Shown here piece after piece: positions 17,862 through 28,486 of a stretch of DNA of 63,879 bases. Numbering within the stretch: position 1 is the stretch's first letter; the number at the start of each line of letters is the position of its first letter. This DNA comes from an uncultured Bacilli bacterium (GTDB lineage Bacteria > Bacillota_I > Bacilli_A > RFN20 > CAG-826), in contig CAJOLV010000009.1 in NCBI GenBank assembly GCA_905235515.1, forward strand, positions 1 to 63,879, written 5' to 3'. Under the pieces are notes generated by a model. That model was not told the DNA's origin and did not search any database. It worked only from the letters and a program-made list of their open reading frames with translations. The position numbers were made by a program, and so were the translations under genes.

Positions 17862-19186
17862 AAATATTTATATAAGACTACTTTCTTTGCTTTAACCGTT
17901 AAGTCTAATAAGTCATCATCTTCATCTGGATAGATAAGAGAAGTTAAGCTTTTCCCATCTACAAAGATTTCAATAGAGAATTCATCTAAAACTAGATATA
18001 TTTCGTGGCGTTGATTTTTAATATATGGCATTCTTCTAATACCATTTAATGAATCGGAATCAGTCTCATTACCCTTAATCTCTTCCCCAGATAAAGAACG
18101 ATCAAAAACCCATTCATTCCCTCTTAATTTGAAAGAAGTTTGATGTTTTTGACCCTTTCTAATCATTAATAAGAATGATTCTAAATCATCAATTTCTAAT
18201 TTATAAAATCCCACTTTGATATGTTCACAATAATGATTATCAATGATATGTTCTTCCACTTCACCTTTTGGCAAAACAGGAGTTTGATATAAATCATTAT
18301 TTCTAATTTCTAATTTTCTTGGGATTGTTAAGCTACCAGCAAAACCATATTTTTCACTCGGGTTATTTCTATCCCACATATTCATCCAAGCAATTAAGAT
18401 GTCATCGCTTAAAAACACTTGTGGAGCGTAGAAATCAAAGCCATAGTCAAGCATGTCTATTAAATGGGCTTTAAATTTATCGTCTTTAAATTCACCTAAA
18501 CGGTATAAACATGAATGAATGTTATGGTGATTATATCCTTGAAGAGGGTGGAATTGTTCAGAATTAATTAACAATCCTAAATCTTTAATATAATCGACAC
18601 ATTCAATCATTTTTCCTTCACTATCGTTATCTAAAATATAGTCAACATATTCCCAATGGATTAAATCTTTAGATTTATATTTTAAGATATTACCAGTACT
18701 ACCAATTCTTCTCGCGGCGATCAGCATGATAAATTCATCCTCTTCTTGATAGACCATTGGATCACGGAAATCATTAGGAGCGAATTCTTTTGGTAAATTA
18801 TCTTTATCAATTATTAATCCCACTTTTGTGAAATTAATGCCATCTTCACTATAGGCGAGACATTGTTGTTGAATAATCTTTTCATTATCTTCATTATAAA
18901 TGAAGCCTGTATAAATGATATAAAGATGATTATTAAAGATGATTGATGAGCCAGAGAAGCACCCATCTTTATCAAATTCATCACCAGGAGTTAACGCTAT
19001 CGGGAGATGTTCCCAATGTAACAAATCTTCACTAACAACGTGTCCCCAATGCATCGGACCCCACGATAAACCATAAGGATGGTATTGATAAAAGACATGG
19101 TATTTACCTTTAAATTTAATGACACCGTTAGGGTCATTAATCCATCCTTTAGTTGGGCTAATATGATATAAGGGTCTCTTTTCCAT
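17858..19186 (-). CDS. Cytoplasmic GH32 beta-fructofuranosidase / sucrose-6-phosphate hydrolase
   Basis: WINDPNG, WGPMHWGH, FSGS, FRDP, IEC and DFYAPQ motifs; no signal peptide. Confidence 0.92.
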   Translation of the reverse strand: MEKRPLYHISPTKGWINDPNGVIKFKGKYHVFYQYHPYGLSWGPMHWGHVVSEDLLHWEHLPIALTPGDEFDKDGCFSGSSIIFNNHLYIIYTGFIYNEDNEKIIQQQCLAYSEDGINFTKVGLIIDKDNLPKEFAPNDFRDPMVYQEEDEFIMLIAARRIGSTGNILKYKSKDLIHWEYVDYILDNDSEGKMIECVDYIKDLGLLINSEQFHPLQGYNHHNIHSCLYRLGEFKDDKFKAHLIDMLDYGFDFYAPQVFLSDDILIAWMNMWDRNNPSEKYGFAGSLTIPRKLEIRNNDLYQTPVLPKGEVEEHIIDNHYCEHIKVGFYKLEIDDLESFLLMIRKGQKHQTSFKLRGNEWVFDRSLSGEEIKGNETDSDSLNGIRRMPYIKNQRHEIYLVLDEFSIEIFVDGKSLTSLIYPDEDDDLLDLTVKAKKVVLYKYL

Positions 19187-19190
19187 TATT

Positions 19191-21680
19191 TTATAAGGCC
19201 TCGGCTAATGTATAACTACTTGGGATTAAATCAGCATTTTCATAATAGGTGATGAAATCATCAACAAAGACCAAGCCCCAATCATCAATAGCGTTATCAA
19301 CGATTCTAATCTTGATATTTTTACCAATATGGGCAGATAAATCAGCTTTATATGTCACCATATTGGCAGCGTAAATGTCATCCGCTGCTAAATCTCTTGG
19401 GGAACCTGTGTAGTAATAATTTTTACTGATTTCTTTGAATTTTTGATTATAGGTAGTTAATAAAACTTCTTCTGTATCAGCGTCGATAAATTCGATATGA
19501 CATTTATTCTTATCTTTGCCACCACCTAAACGGTAAGTGACAAATCCACTACCACCAAGGACAAAGCTAGAGGAAGTTAAGCTACCTGTTCTATCTTCAC
19601 CAGCAACCCATCCATTTAAGAAATAAGAGCCAGCTTTGTTATATAAGTAGCATTCATTCCACCATGTATAGTCTCTAGAGATACCTAAGATTGGCTCTTC
19701 ACTATGAGAAGCAGTCCAACCTGTTAAATCACCAGTTTCAAATGTGCCATTTAAGACTTGGTTGACTGAAGCGAATTCACGATAGGCTAAAGTATTTGGA
19801 TTTAAGATTGCGGCACTATCGATTGTGTCAACGCTTTCATAATAGGTAATAAAGCTATCAACGCAGACTAAGCCCCAATTACTAGTAGCGTTATCAACAA
19901 CTTGAAGTTTAACTTCTTGACCTAATAAACTTGTTAAGTCAGCTTTATATAACACCATGTTCATTAAAAATGAACCATGACCGACTAAGCCAATATTCAA
20001 GTCATTGAACATGAAGTTGGTAAATCTTAATAATTCCTCATTTGTGGAAGCATCGAGAACAGAAATATAAATAGATAATGGGTCTCTGCCACCAGACATT
20101 CTAAATGTCATATAGCCACATCCACCGACAGTGAAACTATCAGATGTTAATGTACCAGTGCCACTTTCATATAATTCACCAGAATAGAAATATGCTCCTC
20201 TTTTATTAAATGTTAAAAAAGCATTATTCCACCAATAGGATTTAGAAGAGATTTCACCCATTGGGGCACCACCATTATATTGAGTGGTCCAACCTGTTAA
20301 ATCACCAGTTTCAAATGTACCATTTTTTACTTGATATTCATTATCTATTTCTCTTTCATAAGAGGAATCAATATCAATGCGATAATATTCTTTATCAGCC
20401 CAATACGGAGTGGATTCATAATATGTTTCAAAACTATCAAATGTCATCGCTCCTAAATCATCAGTGCTAGTATTATTATCGACGATTTCTAGATACATAT
20501 TATCACCGACATAGTCGCCTAAATCGATGTAATATTGAATCATATTCAATAAGTGCATCTTCATTGGAACAAATGGGAATTGTTCATTTTTGTATTGTTG
20601 ATTGCTCACTCTGGTGATTTCAATTGGTTCACCATCGTTAACGGACATAAAGCGGATATATGTCGCTCCTTGATCAGCGCAGCCACCTAATTTAAAGGAG
20701 ATATAGCCTTTACCACCTAATTTAAAGACTGATGAACGTAAGACACCAGTGCCTGATGGATTAAAATGACCATAATGATAATTACCATCACGGTTATAGG
20801 TAATATTTTCATTCCACCATGTCGATTCATTATTGACACCTTCATGCGAGAAAGCATCACCTTCAACAATTGTCCAACCACCTAAAGACCCAATTTCAAA
20901 ATCTGGATTTTTAATATGGTATTCATCTTTTGCTTCAACATCTTCAATATATTGACGAGTTTTGATGAAATATTGACCTTCAGTTTGAGGTAAAGCATCG
21001 CTACCAATGCGGATATCATCAACACTTAAATAGCCATAATAGACATCAGTGTCGTTATCAACAATACGGATATAGCATTCTTTATTTTTATATTCACTTA
21101 AATCAATGGTATATTCACAGAAGTTATCAGTATGATACACCCCATTAGCGTATTTACTAGAATCAACATAATCTTCGGTGTGTTCTAAAAAATATTCATT
21201 AGTTTGGCGGGCAATCATTTGCTCAGTTTCTGCTAAATAGATACCGACATAACAGACTTCTTGTTCATTTTTATATTCAGCAAATTCACCTTTACCTTTG
21301 GTAATTGCCCCACCAGCGAGCTTCATAGAAACCATGCCATCTGCTGGTAAATAGAAATTATTGCTTCTAATCGCTCCGACTCTGCCATGGGAGTGTTTTA
21401 AATCAAAACCTTTACCGGATAAATACCAATTACCGGTTGGATTGATATCGATTAAATTATGTTTGTTATCATCTTCAAAATAGAAATTCTTCTTTGAAGA
21501 AACACTATCATCAGTGTAGGCATCACCATATTCAACAGTCCAACCTGATAAATCAGTGCTTTCAAAACCACCATTGATGACATTTCTAACCACTTCTGTT
21601 TCTTCTGTGATTTCGATAGAACAAGCTGAGAGTGAGAGACCTAAAGCTAAAACGAATAATAAATTAAATCTAGTTTTCAT
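19191..21680 (-). CDS. Non-catalytic lipoprotein of four tandem CBM38-like (inulin-binding) modules
   Basis: Lipobox LSAC; four ~200-aa repeats NxxFExGDLxGWT...SxxFxLGGxGYxxF(K/R)LGGG...RIVDN...VDxFxTYY, resembling the N-terminal repeats of Bacillus cycloinulo-oligosaccharide fructanotransferase. An identical 32-nt stretch occurs at 19714-19745 and 20287-20318. Confidence 0.75.
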   Translation of the reverse strand: MKTRFNLLFVLALGLSLSACSIEITEETEVVRNVINGGFESTDLSGWTVEYGDAYTDDSVSSKKNFYFEDDNKHNLIDINPTGNWYLSGKGFDLKHSHGRVGAIRSNNFYLPADGMVSMKLAGGAITKGKGEFAEYKNEQEVCYVGIYLAETEQMIARQTNEYFLEHTEDYVDSSKYANGVYHTDNFCEYTIDLSEYKNKECYIRIVDNDTDVYYGYLSVDDIRIGSDALPQTEGQYFIKTRQYIEDVEAKDEYHIKNPDFEIGSLGGWTIVEGDAFSHEGVNNESTWWNENITYNRDGNYHYGHFNPSGTGVLRSSVFKLGGKGYISFKLGGCADQGATYIRFMSVNDGEPIEITRVSNQQYKNEQFPFVPMKMHLLNMIQYYIDLGDYVGDNMYLEIVDNNTSTDDLGAMTFDSFETYYESTPYWADKEYYRIDIDSSYEREIDNEYQVKNGTFETGDLTGWTTQYNGGAPMGEISSKSYWWNNAFLTFNKRGAYFYSGELYESGTGTLTSDSFTVGGCGYMTFRMSGGRDPLSIYISVLDASTNEELLRFTNFMFNDLNIGLVGHGSFLMNMVLYKADLTSLLGQEVKLQVVDNATSNWGLVCVDSFITYYESVDTIDSAAILNPNTLAYREFASVNQVLNGTFETGDLTGWTASHSEEPILGISRDYTWWNECYLYNKAGSYFLNGWVAGEDRTGSLTSSSFVLGGSGFVTYRLGGGKDKNKCHIEFIDADTEEVLLTTYNQKFKEISKNYYYTGSPRDLAADDIYAANMVTYKADLSAHIGKNIKIRIVDNAIDDWGLVFVDDFITYYENADLIPSSYTLAEAL

Positions 21681-21681
21681 A

Positions 21682-24255
21682 TTAGATAGCCTCCGTTAAA
21701 TTGCCAACGTTTCCATAATAGGCTGGCTCCACTTCATCTTTAAAGCAGCCTTTCATTTGGGTAATCTTAAATTTTTGGAAACGAATGCCACTATTATTGT
21801 CAAATAATGAGATGTAGTCGGAATCACCATATTTTGGATAAATTCTAGTCGTAATTGTCGCGATATCATTGATATAGATTTCTAATTGTGAGCGATCAAC
21901 ATAGATTGTCACATCATAAGTAGCGCCACCGACTGGCGCGTGCCAAGTCTCGGATTTATCAACATAATCTAATAAAGTAGATTGTAATCTATTGACATAA
22001 ACATCATGTCCAGTAAAGACAATCTTAGTTCTTTCTGTTCCAATAATATTTTCTGTTGGGTTATATCTCACATAGATTCCACCATCATATTCACCAGCGC
22101 TTGGGGATAAGGTGAAACTGGCTTTGATTTCATACATATCACTACGGATATCTTTGATATTTTCTTTTAATTCATCAGCGGTTAATCCACTACCTTCGTA
22201 TTCATATAAAACTTCTTTATATAAAGTAGATACTGCTTCGACTGGTCTTCTAATCACATCGACGAGGTTATCAGCTAAATAGATTTCCACAGGGAAAGCG
22301 AGGTTATGAGCCCAACCAGCAATCTTGTTTTGGTCTGTACCAGCAGATTTACCTTGGGCCAAGGAGATGATGACACTATGACCTTTTTCATAATCAGTGA
22401 TACCATTAGCTCTTTCTTCATCAGTTAAATAACAGAAACCAGTTTGACCAGTATATATACCTTTACCATGATCAAATAATCTCGGTCTTGGATCATCTGG
22501 GATAAATCTACATGTATCTTTATTAAAGGTACCAATCCAATAATATGTATCAACGACATAACCATCCACCGTATATTGTGGAGAATCCATAAAGATATAT
22601 TTAGTCACTGAGCCATCTTCAGTGGAGATTGGTAGCATAATACAACATTCCCAGTGTTTACCTTGTTCTGGATATAATTGATAATCACATTCAAATGTGA
22701 AACCTAAATATTCCCAGTTTCTCATATCTGTGGATCTAAACATATTAGTGGAACCACCATGAGATTGATCCCAGTCATCAGCGACAGAGGTGGAAACCAT
22801 CATGTAATAATATGGTTCATCATACCAAATGAACGGGTCTCTAAATTCTTCAATTTTGCCTTGGGAGTGGTCGCTTGGTTGCACTAAGGTGTTCACTTCT
22901 TCAACTGTCCAATCGGTGAGATATGGATCATCTGGGTCAACACAATGTGCATATAAGACTGATTGATGGGAGAAACGAGATGTTTCAACCCAATCAACAT
23001 AGTTGGTACCAGCAGTCACAGTTAACCAAGGGGTACCATCTGGACCAATGACTGAGCCACCTGTCCAAGCACCTTCTGGACACGCTGGTTGTTGTGGCGC
23101 AACGGCGTCTTTAACATATATCCAGTGCACCATGTCTCTTGAACAAATATGGGCCCATCTAATTTGTGACCAATATGGTCCAATTGGGTTATGTTGATAG
23201 AAAACATGGAACATCCCTTTATAGTAAATAGGAGCGTGTGGTTCATTCATCCACACTGCTGGTGGGATACCGTGATATTGTGGACGATATCTATCACCAC
23301 TATAGACGGAAGTATCTAATTGCACTTCACTAAATGGTAATTCTGGGCATTTACCATCCACTGCATATTGATTGAATAAATGTTTTAAATCTTTTGGTGT
23401 GAAAGAATCGTGATAGATTTCCACTTCATCCACTAAAGCGGATGGAGATTGTCTTGGAATACCAAATTCATATATTGGTGAACAATAATAACCAAAATAT
23501 AATGGCTCATCACTTGGGATGATTTCAGTATTCATTAAATCTGGAATAATTGCTTCATAGCTGACTTTGCCGTTAAATGTTAAACAAATATAGCCTTTTT
23601 CCCCATCAAATGTCGCAGCGATATGGCTCCATTCATATAATGGGAGAGTATTAATTGGGTCATAATACCCGACAAAGACATCTTGACCAGTTTCCGTATT
23701 ATGGAGATTCATTTGTAATCCCCACATGCCTAATCTAGCGTAACCAAATAGGAATCCTTCGTCATTTTCCATATGACCCCAGTCAAATAGAGCGGTCATA
23801 CGTGGATGGCCTTTACAAGCATATTCGTTGCCATATCTATTGAGGTTTTCAAATCCTCTTGGAGCGACCCAAGTGGAGAAAGTTAATTTATTTGTTGGTG
23901 CTTCATAATCATTAATACGGATATTTGTGGAGAAACCATCCATATATAATGATTTATTATGGACACCTTGTTTTAATAAAGGATCATTTGGTTTTTTAAA
24001 AATAATATCTTTATTGTTTTCGTTGAAAACATAATTAACTAAGTAAGTACTTCCACTAGCGTTATCTTTGGTGTAACTACCAGTGACATCATCAAAAGAG
24101 AAAGACAAAGCCGCTTCTTTATTAAACGCATATTCACCAGGTACTTCTGGTTTATTAGAATCGTCATGAATTTCTTCTTTTAAAGAGCAACCTGTTAAAG
24201 ATAGAAAACTGATAAACGATAAAATAGTGATAATACGAGATTGTTTCATATTCAT
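21682..24255 (-). CDS. GH32 lipoprotein with LamG-like domain, CFTase/endo-inulinase-type (WMNEPH)
   Basis: Lipobox LTGC; LamG-like N-terminal domain (WSHIAATFDG); RPQYHGIPPAVWMNEPHAP, EFRDPFIWYD and WECC motifs. Confidence 0.85.
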   Translation of the reverse strand: MNMKQSRIITILSFISFLSLTGCSLKEEIHDDSNKPEVPGEYAFNKEAALSFSFDDVTGSYTKDNASGSTYLVNYVFNENNKDIIFKKPNDPLLKQGVHNKSLYMDGFSTNIRINDYEAPTNKLTFSTWVAPRGFENLNRYGNEYACKGHPRMTALFDWGHMENDEGFLFGYARLGMWGLQMNLHNTETGQDVFVGYYDPINTLPLYEWSHIAATFDGEKGYICLTFNGKVSYEAIIPDLMNTEIIPSDEPLYFGYYCSPIYEFGIPRQSPSALVDEVEIYHDSFTPKDLKHLFNQYAVDGKCPELPFSEVQLDTSVYSGDRYRPQYHGIPPAVWMNEPHAPIYYKGMFHVFYQHNPIGPYWSQIRWAHICSRDMVHWIYVKDAVAPQQPACPEGAWTGGSVIGPDGTPWLTVTAGTNYVDWVETSRFSHQSVLYAHCVDPDDPYLTDWTVEEVNTLVQPSDHSQGKIEEFRDPFIWYDEPYYYMMVSTSVADDWDQSHGGSTNMFRSTDMRNWEYLGFTFECDYQLYPEQGKHWECCIMLPISTEDGSVTKYIFMDSPQYTVDGYVVDTYYWIGTFNKDTCRFIPDDPRPRLFDHGKGIYTGQTGFCYLTDEERANGITDYEKGHSVIISLAQGKSAGTDQNKIAGWAHNLAFPVEIYLADNLVDVIRRPVEAVSTLYKEVLYEYEGSGLTADELKENIKDIRSDMYEIKASFTLSPSAGEYDGGIYVRYNPTENIIGTERTKIVFTGHDVYVNRLQSTLLDYVDKSETWHAPVGGATYDVTIYVDRSQLEIYINDIATITTRIYPKYGDSDYISLFDNNSGIRFQKFKITQMKGCFKDEVEPAYYGNVGNLTEAI

Positions 24256-24261
24256 TCCCCC

Positions 24262-26187
24262 CTACAGTTTAAGTCCGGCAGTGCCGAAACCTTTGACGAT
24301 ATATTTTTGCGCGGCAGCGTAGATAACAAAGATTGGTATGGTTGTAATGACTAATGACGCCATTTTGACACCAGCTGGAATAGCGGCGTTATTTTGAATA
24401 ATATTTAATCCTGCTTGGATTGGTAATAATGGCCACTCTCCTTCTGCGTAATCATATGGAAGAACAGATGATGGCCAGACATAATCGTTCCACACACCGA
24501 TAAAGGTGAACACCATTGTCGTCGCGACGATTGGTTTAGACATTGGGAGAATTAAGTCAAAAAATACTCTCACTCGACTAGAACCATCAATATGCATTGC
24601 TTCTTCATATTCCTTTGGAATAGAGGAGAAGAATTGTGTGAATAAGAAGATATTAAAGACAGAGATAATACTCGGTAATATCACCGCCATATAAGACAAT
24701 TGATCTTTTAAATGTAATAAGGTTCTCACAATCATCCATAACGGGACAATGCTAGTTTCCACAGGGACAACAATTAAGAACAAGATGAGAAAATTAAAGA
24801 ATCCTTTTGCTGGGAAATTAAATTTGGCCAAAACATAACCCGCTAAACCGTTGACTAAGACATTAAAGACAATAACTATCGCTGCGTATAGGATGCTATT
24901 TAAGGCATATTTCCAAACCTCATAATCAGTAAAAATAATCTTATAATTATCAAGGATATGACCAAAATCACTGAAGTCAGGGATAAACATCATAATCGTA
25001 CCACTGGAATAAGCAATCGCTTCATCGCTCTTTGTGGAGGAAGCAATCATATATAAAAGTGGCAAAATAAACATTAAGGATAATGATGTACCTACTATAT
25101 AGTAGATGATTGATTTAACAATCTTTTTCTTATCCTTTTTACTAGGGATAAAGTTTGGTTCTAATAATGTTAAATTATTTTTTCTCATCTCTTCTTCTCC
25201 CCTAGTAATTTTCTTTGTGGTGATTGAACCAATTAAGAGGGTTAATAGAAAAGCGACCGCACAAGAATAGGCGATACTACCATTCTTTAAACCTTGGTTA
25301 TACATATATAAGCTAAGTGTTAACCCATTAGTGTCATCACCCGTTAAAATCATTGGTTGAATCATCACTCTGCAAGCACCAACAAAAACAGTGATTAAGA
25401 TATAAAGCATTGTTGGTTTTAAGCCCGGTAAAGTGATGGTAAAGAAGCGACGGAAAGAATTAGCCCCATCCATCGCTGCGGCTTCATATAAATCTTTTCT
25501 GATATTGCCTAAAGCGGATAAGAAGATGAGCATTTGATAGCCACATCCTTGCCAAGCGGAGATTAAAACCATCCAAAAGATCGCGTGGTCTCTACTTTTA
25601 AAGAAATCTTGAGGTTCAATACCAAATTTGCCCAAAATTATGTTCACCACCCCATCTGCGTTAGGAGATAAGATAATTGCCCATAAGAAAGCGGTGACAC
25701 TTAAAGAAATCGCGACAGGGGCAAAGAAACAAATCTTAAAGATAGTTGTTCCTTTTCTCTTGTTATTGCAGAAAAGGGCTAATAATAAGGCGAGAATGAT
25801 TTGTAAAGGCACGACAAGAACGACAAATATCGCTGTGTTTTTAAAGGCATCATAAATCTCTAAATGATTCTTAAAGTCTTGAAATATTGTTTTAAATTGA
25901 GCAAATCCAACAAAGGAAGTGTTGTTCACTTTGGCAGGATCTAAAGCAAAATCAGTAAAGGAATAGCCAAGAGATAATAAGATTGGCAAAACAACTAGGA
26001 AAAACGCTAATGCGACAGCGGGTAGCATTAAAGCAAAAGCCAAAATAGCTTCTTTGGCATTATATTTAATTTCTCTTTTCTTTCTTCTTAATAAGTCATT
26101 AACGAAGACAGCGATGAAAATTAATGCTAATACCGCAAAAATTATTAAAGCGATGATTGTTAATTTTCTTCCTAGTATTTTATCCAT
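24262..26187 (-). CDS. Two carbohydrate ABC permeases read as one fused ORF (probably frameshift-joined; second gene starts at 25188)
   Basis: Two EAA motifs (LYEAAAMDGA, YEEAMHIDGS); internal purine-rich SD and ATG at 25188; the alternative frame gives QRKLLGEKKR-stop overlapping that ATG. Confidence 0.88.
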   Translation of the reverse strand: MDKILGRKLTIIALIIFAVLALIFIAVFVNDLLRRKKREIKYNAKEAILAFALMLPAVALAFFLVVLPILLSLGYSFTDFALDPAKVNNTSFVGFAQFKTIFQDFKNHLEIYDAFKNTAIFVVLVVPLQIILALLLALFCNNKRKGTTIFKICFFAPVAISLSVTAFLWAIILSPNADGVVNIILGKFGIEPQDFFKSRDHAIFWMVLISAWQGCGYQMLIFLSALGNIRKDLYEAAAMDGANSFRRFFTITLPGLKPTMLYILITVFVGACRVMIQPMILTGDDTNGLTLSLYMYNQGLKNGSIAYSCAVAFLLTLLIGSITTKKITRGEEEMRKNNLTLLEPNFIPSKKDKKKIVKSIIYYIVGTSLSLMFILPLLYMIASSTKSDEAIAYSSGTIMMFIPDFSDFGHILDNYKIIFTDYEVWKYALNSILYAAIVIVFNVLVNGLAGYVLAKFNFPAKGFFNFLILFLIVVPVETSIVPLWMIVRTLLHLKDQLSYMAVILPSIISVFNIFLFTQFFSSIPKEYEEAMHIDGSSRVRVFFDLILPMSKPIVATTMVFTFIGVWNDYVWPSSVLPYDYAEGEWPLLPIQAGLNIIQNNAAIPAGVKMASLVITTIPIFVIYAAAQKYIVKGFGTAGLKL

Positions 26188-26189
26188 AT

Positions 26190-27497
26190 TTATTTAATTT
26201 TGTCTAAGTTACTTTGTAAAACGTTAGCTTTGTTATCGACTAATTCCGATAAATTACCAGCTTCTAAGCCAGAGATGACTTGGGAGAAAGCACTGGAGAA
26301 TTGTGGATAACCGACTGTTGTTGGACGAGCGATGCTAGTCTTTTGTAATTGTTGATATAAAACATCTTCTGGAGAATTTGGTTGATAATTTGTTTCTACT
26401 TCTTTATTAGCAGGAATCATACCAGTAGCGTCAGTAATCTTTTTAGAAGCATCTTTAGTGGTCATATATTTTAATAACAAGGCCACTGGTGCTTTATTTT
26501 TTCTACTATTGTTACCAATTGCAAAACTCCAAGAGCCATTCGCAGAGGCACATTTGACATCCTTTGGATATGGTAATAATCCCCAAGAATCACGATTTGG
26601 GAAAGTAGTTGGATATTTATGATCTAATTCTGGAATAGTCCAACCACTAGAGAGATACATACCGACTTTACCAGTGGAGAAATCACCCGCACCAATGCCG
26701 TAACTTGTATATTTAGAAGTCACTAAATCTTTTAAGAATTGGAAACCTCTTTTGCTTTCAGCGCTATTGAAATAGCCTTGGGCTTTTAAACCTGTCCCAT
26801 CAACAAATGAACCACCGCTAGCGTAGATGAATGGATAAAGTAAATATGTCGCTGTTTCGTCTTTTGTGGCGTCCATTCTCATGTCGACTGGTGTACTAAT
26901 ACCAGCGGCTTTTAATTTTTGACAAACATCTTTGAATTGATCGTATGTCCATGGGTTATCAACTGTATAGCCTGAGACATTAATACCCGCATCACTGAAT
27001 ATTTTTTTATTATAATAAAAACCTGCACTACTTTCTTGGATTGGAATGCCATAGACCTTTCCTTGATAAGTATTTAAAGTGTAGTATTTTGCTTTTTCTT
27101 CAGCAGTCAATTCATTTGTGAAATCATAGAGGTAACCAGATTTCGCATAAGATGCACAGTTTGGAGCATCAAAAGTGATGATATCTGGTAAAGTACCATC
27201 AATCATATTGTTGAATAATTCTCTTTCATAAGCGGAATCACCAGCGGTTCTTGCAACAAACGAGGCTGTTACTTTGATGTTTTTACTCGCGTATTCTTGG
27301 TTAAATTCATCAACTAGTTTCTTATAAGCCATACCTTCACTAGTTTTACTATCAACGTGGAAACGAATCTTTAATTTAGCAACTTCACCAGTTGCACTTC
27401 CATCCCATCCTTCATCTCCACCTTCATCTTCGCTTGATCCAGCGCAGGCGGATAATAAGCATAAGATTGGGATAATACCTAATAATAATTTTTTCAT
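26190..27497 (-). CDS. Sugar ABC transporter substrate-binding lipoprotein (fructo-oligosaccharides)
   Basis: Lipobox LSAC; PDIITFDAP, GFYYNKKIF and WTYDQF SBP motifs; start set at the ATG after SD GGAGG. Confidence 0.9.
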   Translation of the reverse strand: MKKLLLGIIPILCLLSACAGSSEDEGGDEGWDGSATGEVAKLKIRFHVDSKTSEGMAYKKLVDEFNQEYASKNIKVTASFVARTAGDSAYERELFNNMIDGTLPDIITFDAPNCASYAKSGYLYDFTNELTAEEKAKYYTLNTYQGKVYGIPIQESSAGFYYNKKIFSDAGINVSGYTVDNPWTYDQFKDVCQKLKAAGISTPVDMRMDATKDETATYLLYPFIYASGGSFVDGTGLKAQGYFNSAESKRGFQFLKDLVTSKYTSYGIGAGDFSTGKVGMYLSSGWTIPELDHKYPTTFPNRDSWGLLPYPKDVKCASANGSWSFAIGNNSRKNKAPVALLLKYMTTKDASKKITDATGMIPANKEVETNYQPNSPEDVLYQQLQKTSIARPTTVGYPQFSSAFSQVISGLEAGNLSELVDNKANVLQSNLDKIK

Positions 27498-27511
27498 GAT
27501 TAACAACCTCC

Positions 27512-28486
27512 TTATTTAGTTGTTTCACCTTTAATAAAGTGACAATCGAATTTATTTAATAGTTCAAAGTTATTTTCTTGATTAATCTTTTTAATGATTA
27601 GTTCAACACACTTTTCCGCCATGAGGTCTAATGGTTGTTCTAATGTAGTGATATGTGTGTGTTTATCAATGGGGAATTCGCCGTCATAAGAGACGATTTG
27701 TAATTCATCTGGGACTTTAATTTTTCTCTCTTGAACTTCTTTATATAAGAGGCTCGCTAATGTACATCCGGAGACAAATACCCCATCAAAACCTTGATAT
27801 TTTTCAAATAATTCTTTAATCAAGCCCTCTTCTTGACCATGGTCGATATTGCGATTAACAACTATTGGTGTGAGTTGATGTTCTTTCATAACATCGAGGT
27901 AAGCCTTCTCTCTGAGAGAGACTTCGCTAGCTTGATTTGGTTTAGTACCTAAGAACGCTACTTTTTTGCAACCTCTTTCCAGCATATATTCCACACCTTG
28001 TTTAGTCGCCTCATAGTTATTTGTGGTGACAATTGGAATATCTTTGCCTAAGTGACGATCAATTGAGACAATCGCTAGATCTTCAAATTCACTTTCTTGA
28101 TGTTCATAGTGAGTGACGAATAACGCTCCATCAGCCTCGTTTTGCATCAATCTTTTTAAGATATCGCGTTCTTTTTCAATACGGTGTTGGCTGGACGCTA
28201 CTAAAAGGGAATATCCTCTTTTATCGGCGGCAAGTTCTAATCCGGCGATTAATTTTGAAAAATATCGATGGTCAATAACTGGGACGATTACCGCGATAAC
28301 ATAAGAACGATTTTGTGATAATCTTTTGCCAGCGACATTTGGCACATAATTTAGCTCTTTAATCGCATCGAGAACTTTTTCTTTAGTTTTTTCACTAATT
28401 TGTGTGGAGTTATTTAAGACGCGCGAAACGGTGCCGATACCGACACCGCATTTCAATGCGACTTCTTTAATTGTTACCGAGCGCAT
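27512..28486 (-). CDS. LacI-family transcriptional regulator
   Basis: TIKEVALKCGVGIGTVSRVLN HTH followed by a periplasmic-binding-type domain. Confidence 0.95.
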   Translation of the reverse strand: MRSVTIKEVALKCGVGIGTVSRVLNNSTQISEKTKEKVLDAIKELNYVPNVAGKRLSQNRSYVIAVIVPVIDHRYFSKLIAGLELAADKRGYSLLVASSQHRIEKERDILKRLMQNEADGALFVTHYEHQESEFEDLAIVSIDRHLGKDIPIVTTNNYEATKQGVEYMLERGCKKVAFLGTKPNQASEVSLREKAYLDVMKEHQLTPIVVNRNIDHGQEEGLIKELFEKYQGFDGVFVSGCTLASLLYKEVQERKIKVPDELQIVSYDGEFPIDKHTHITTLEQPLDLMAEKCVELIIKKINQENNFELLNKFDCHFIKGETTK

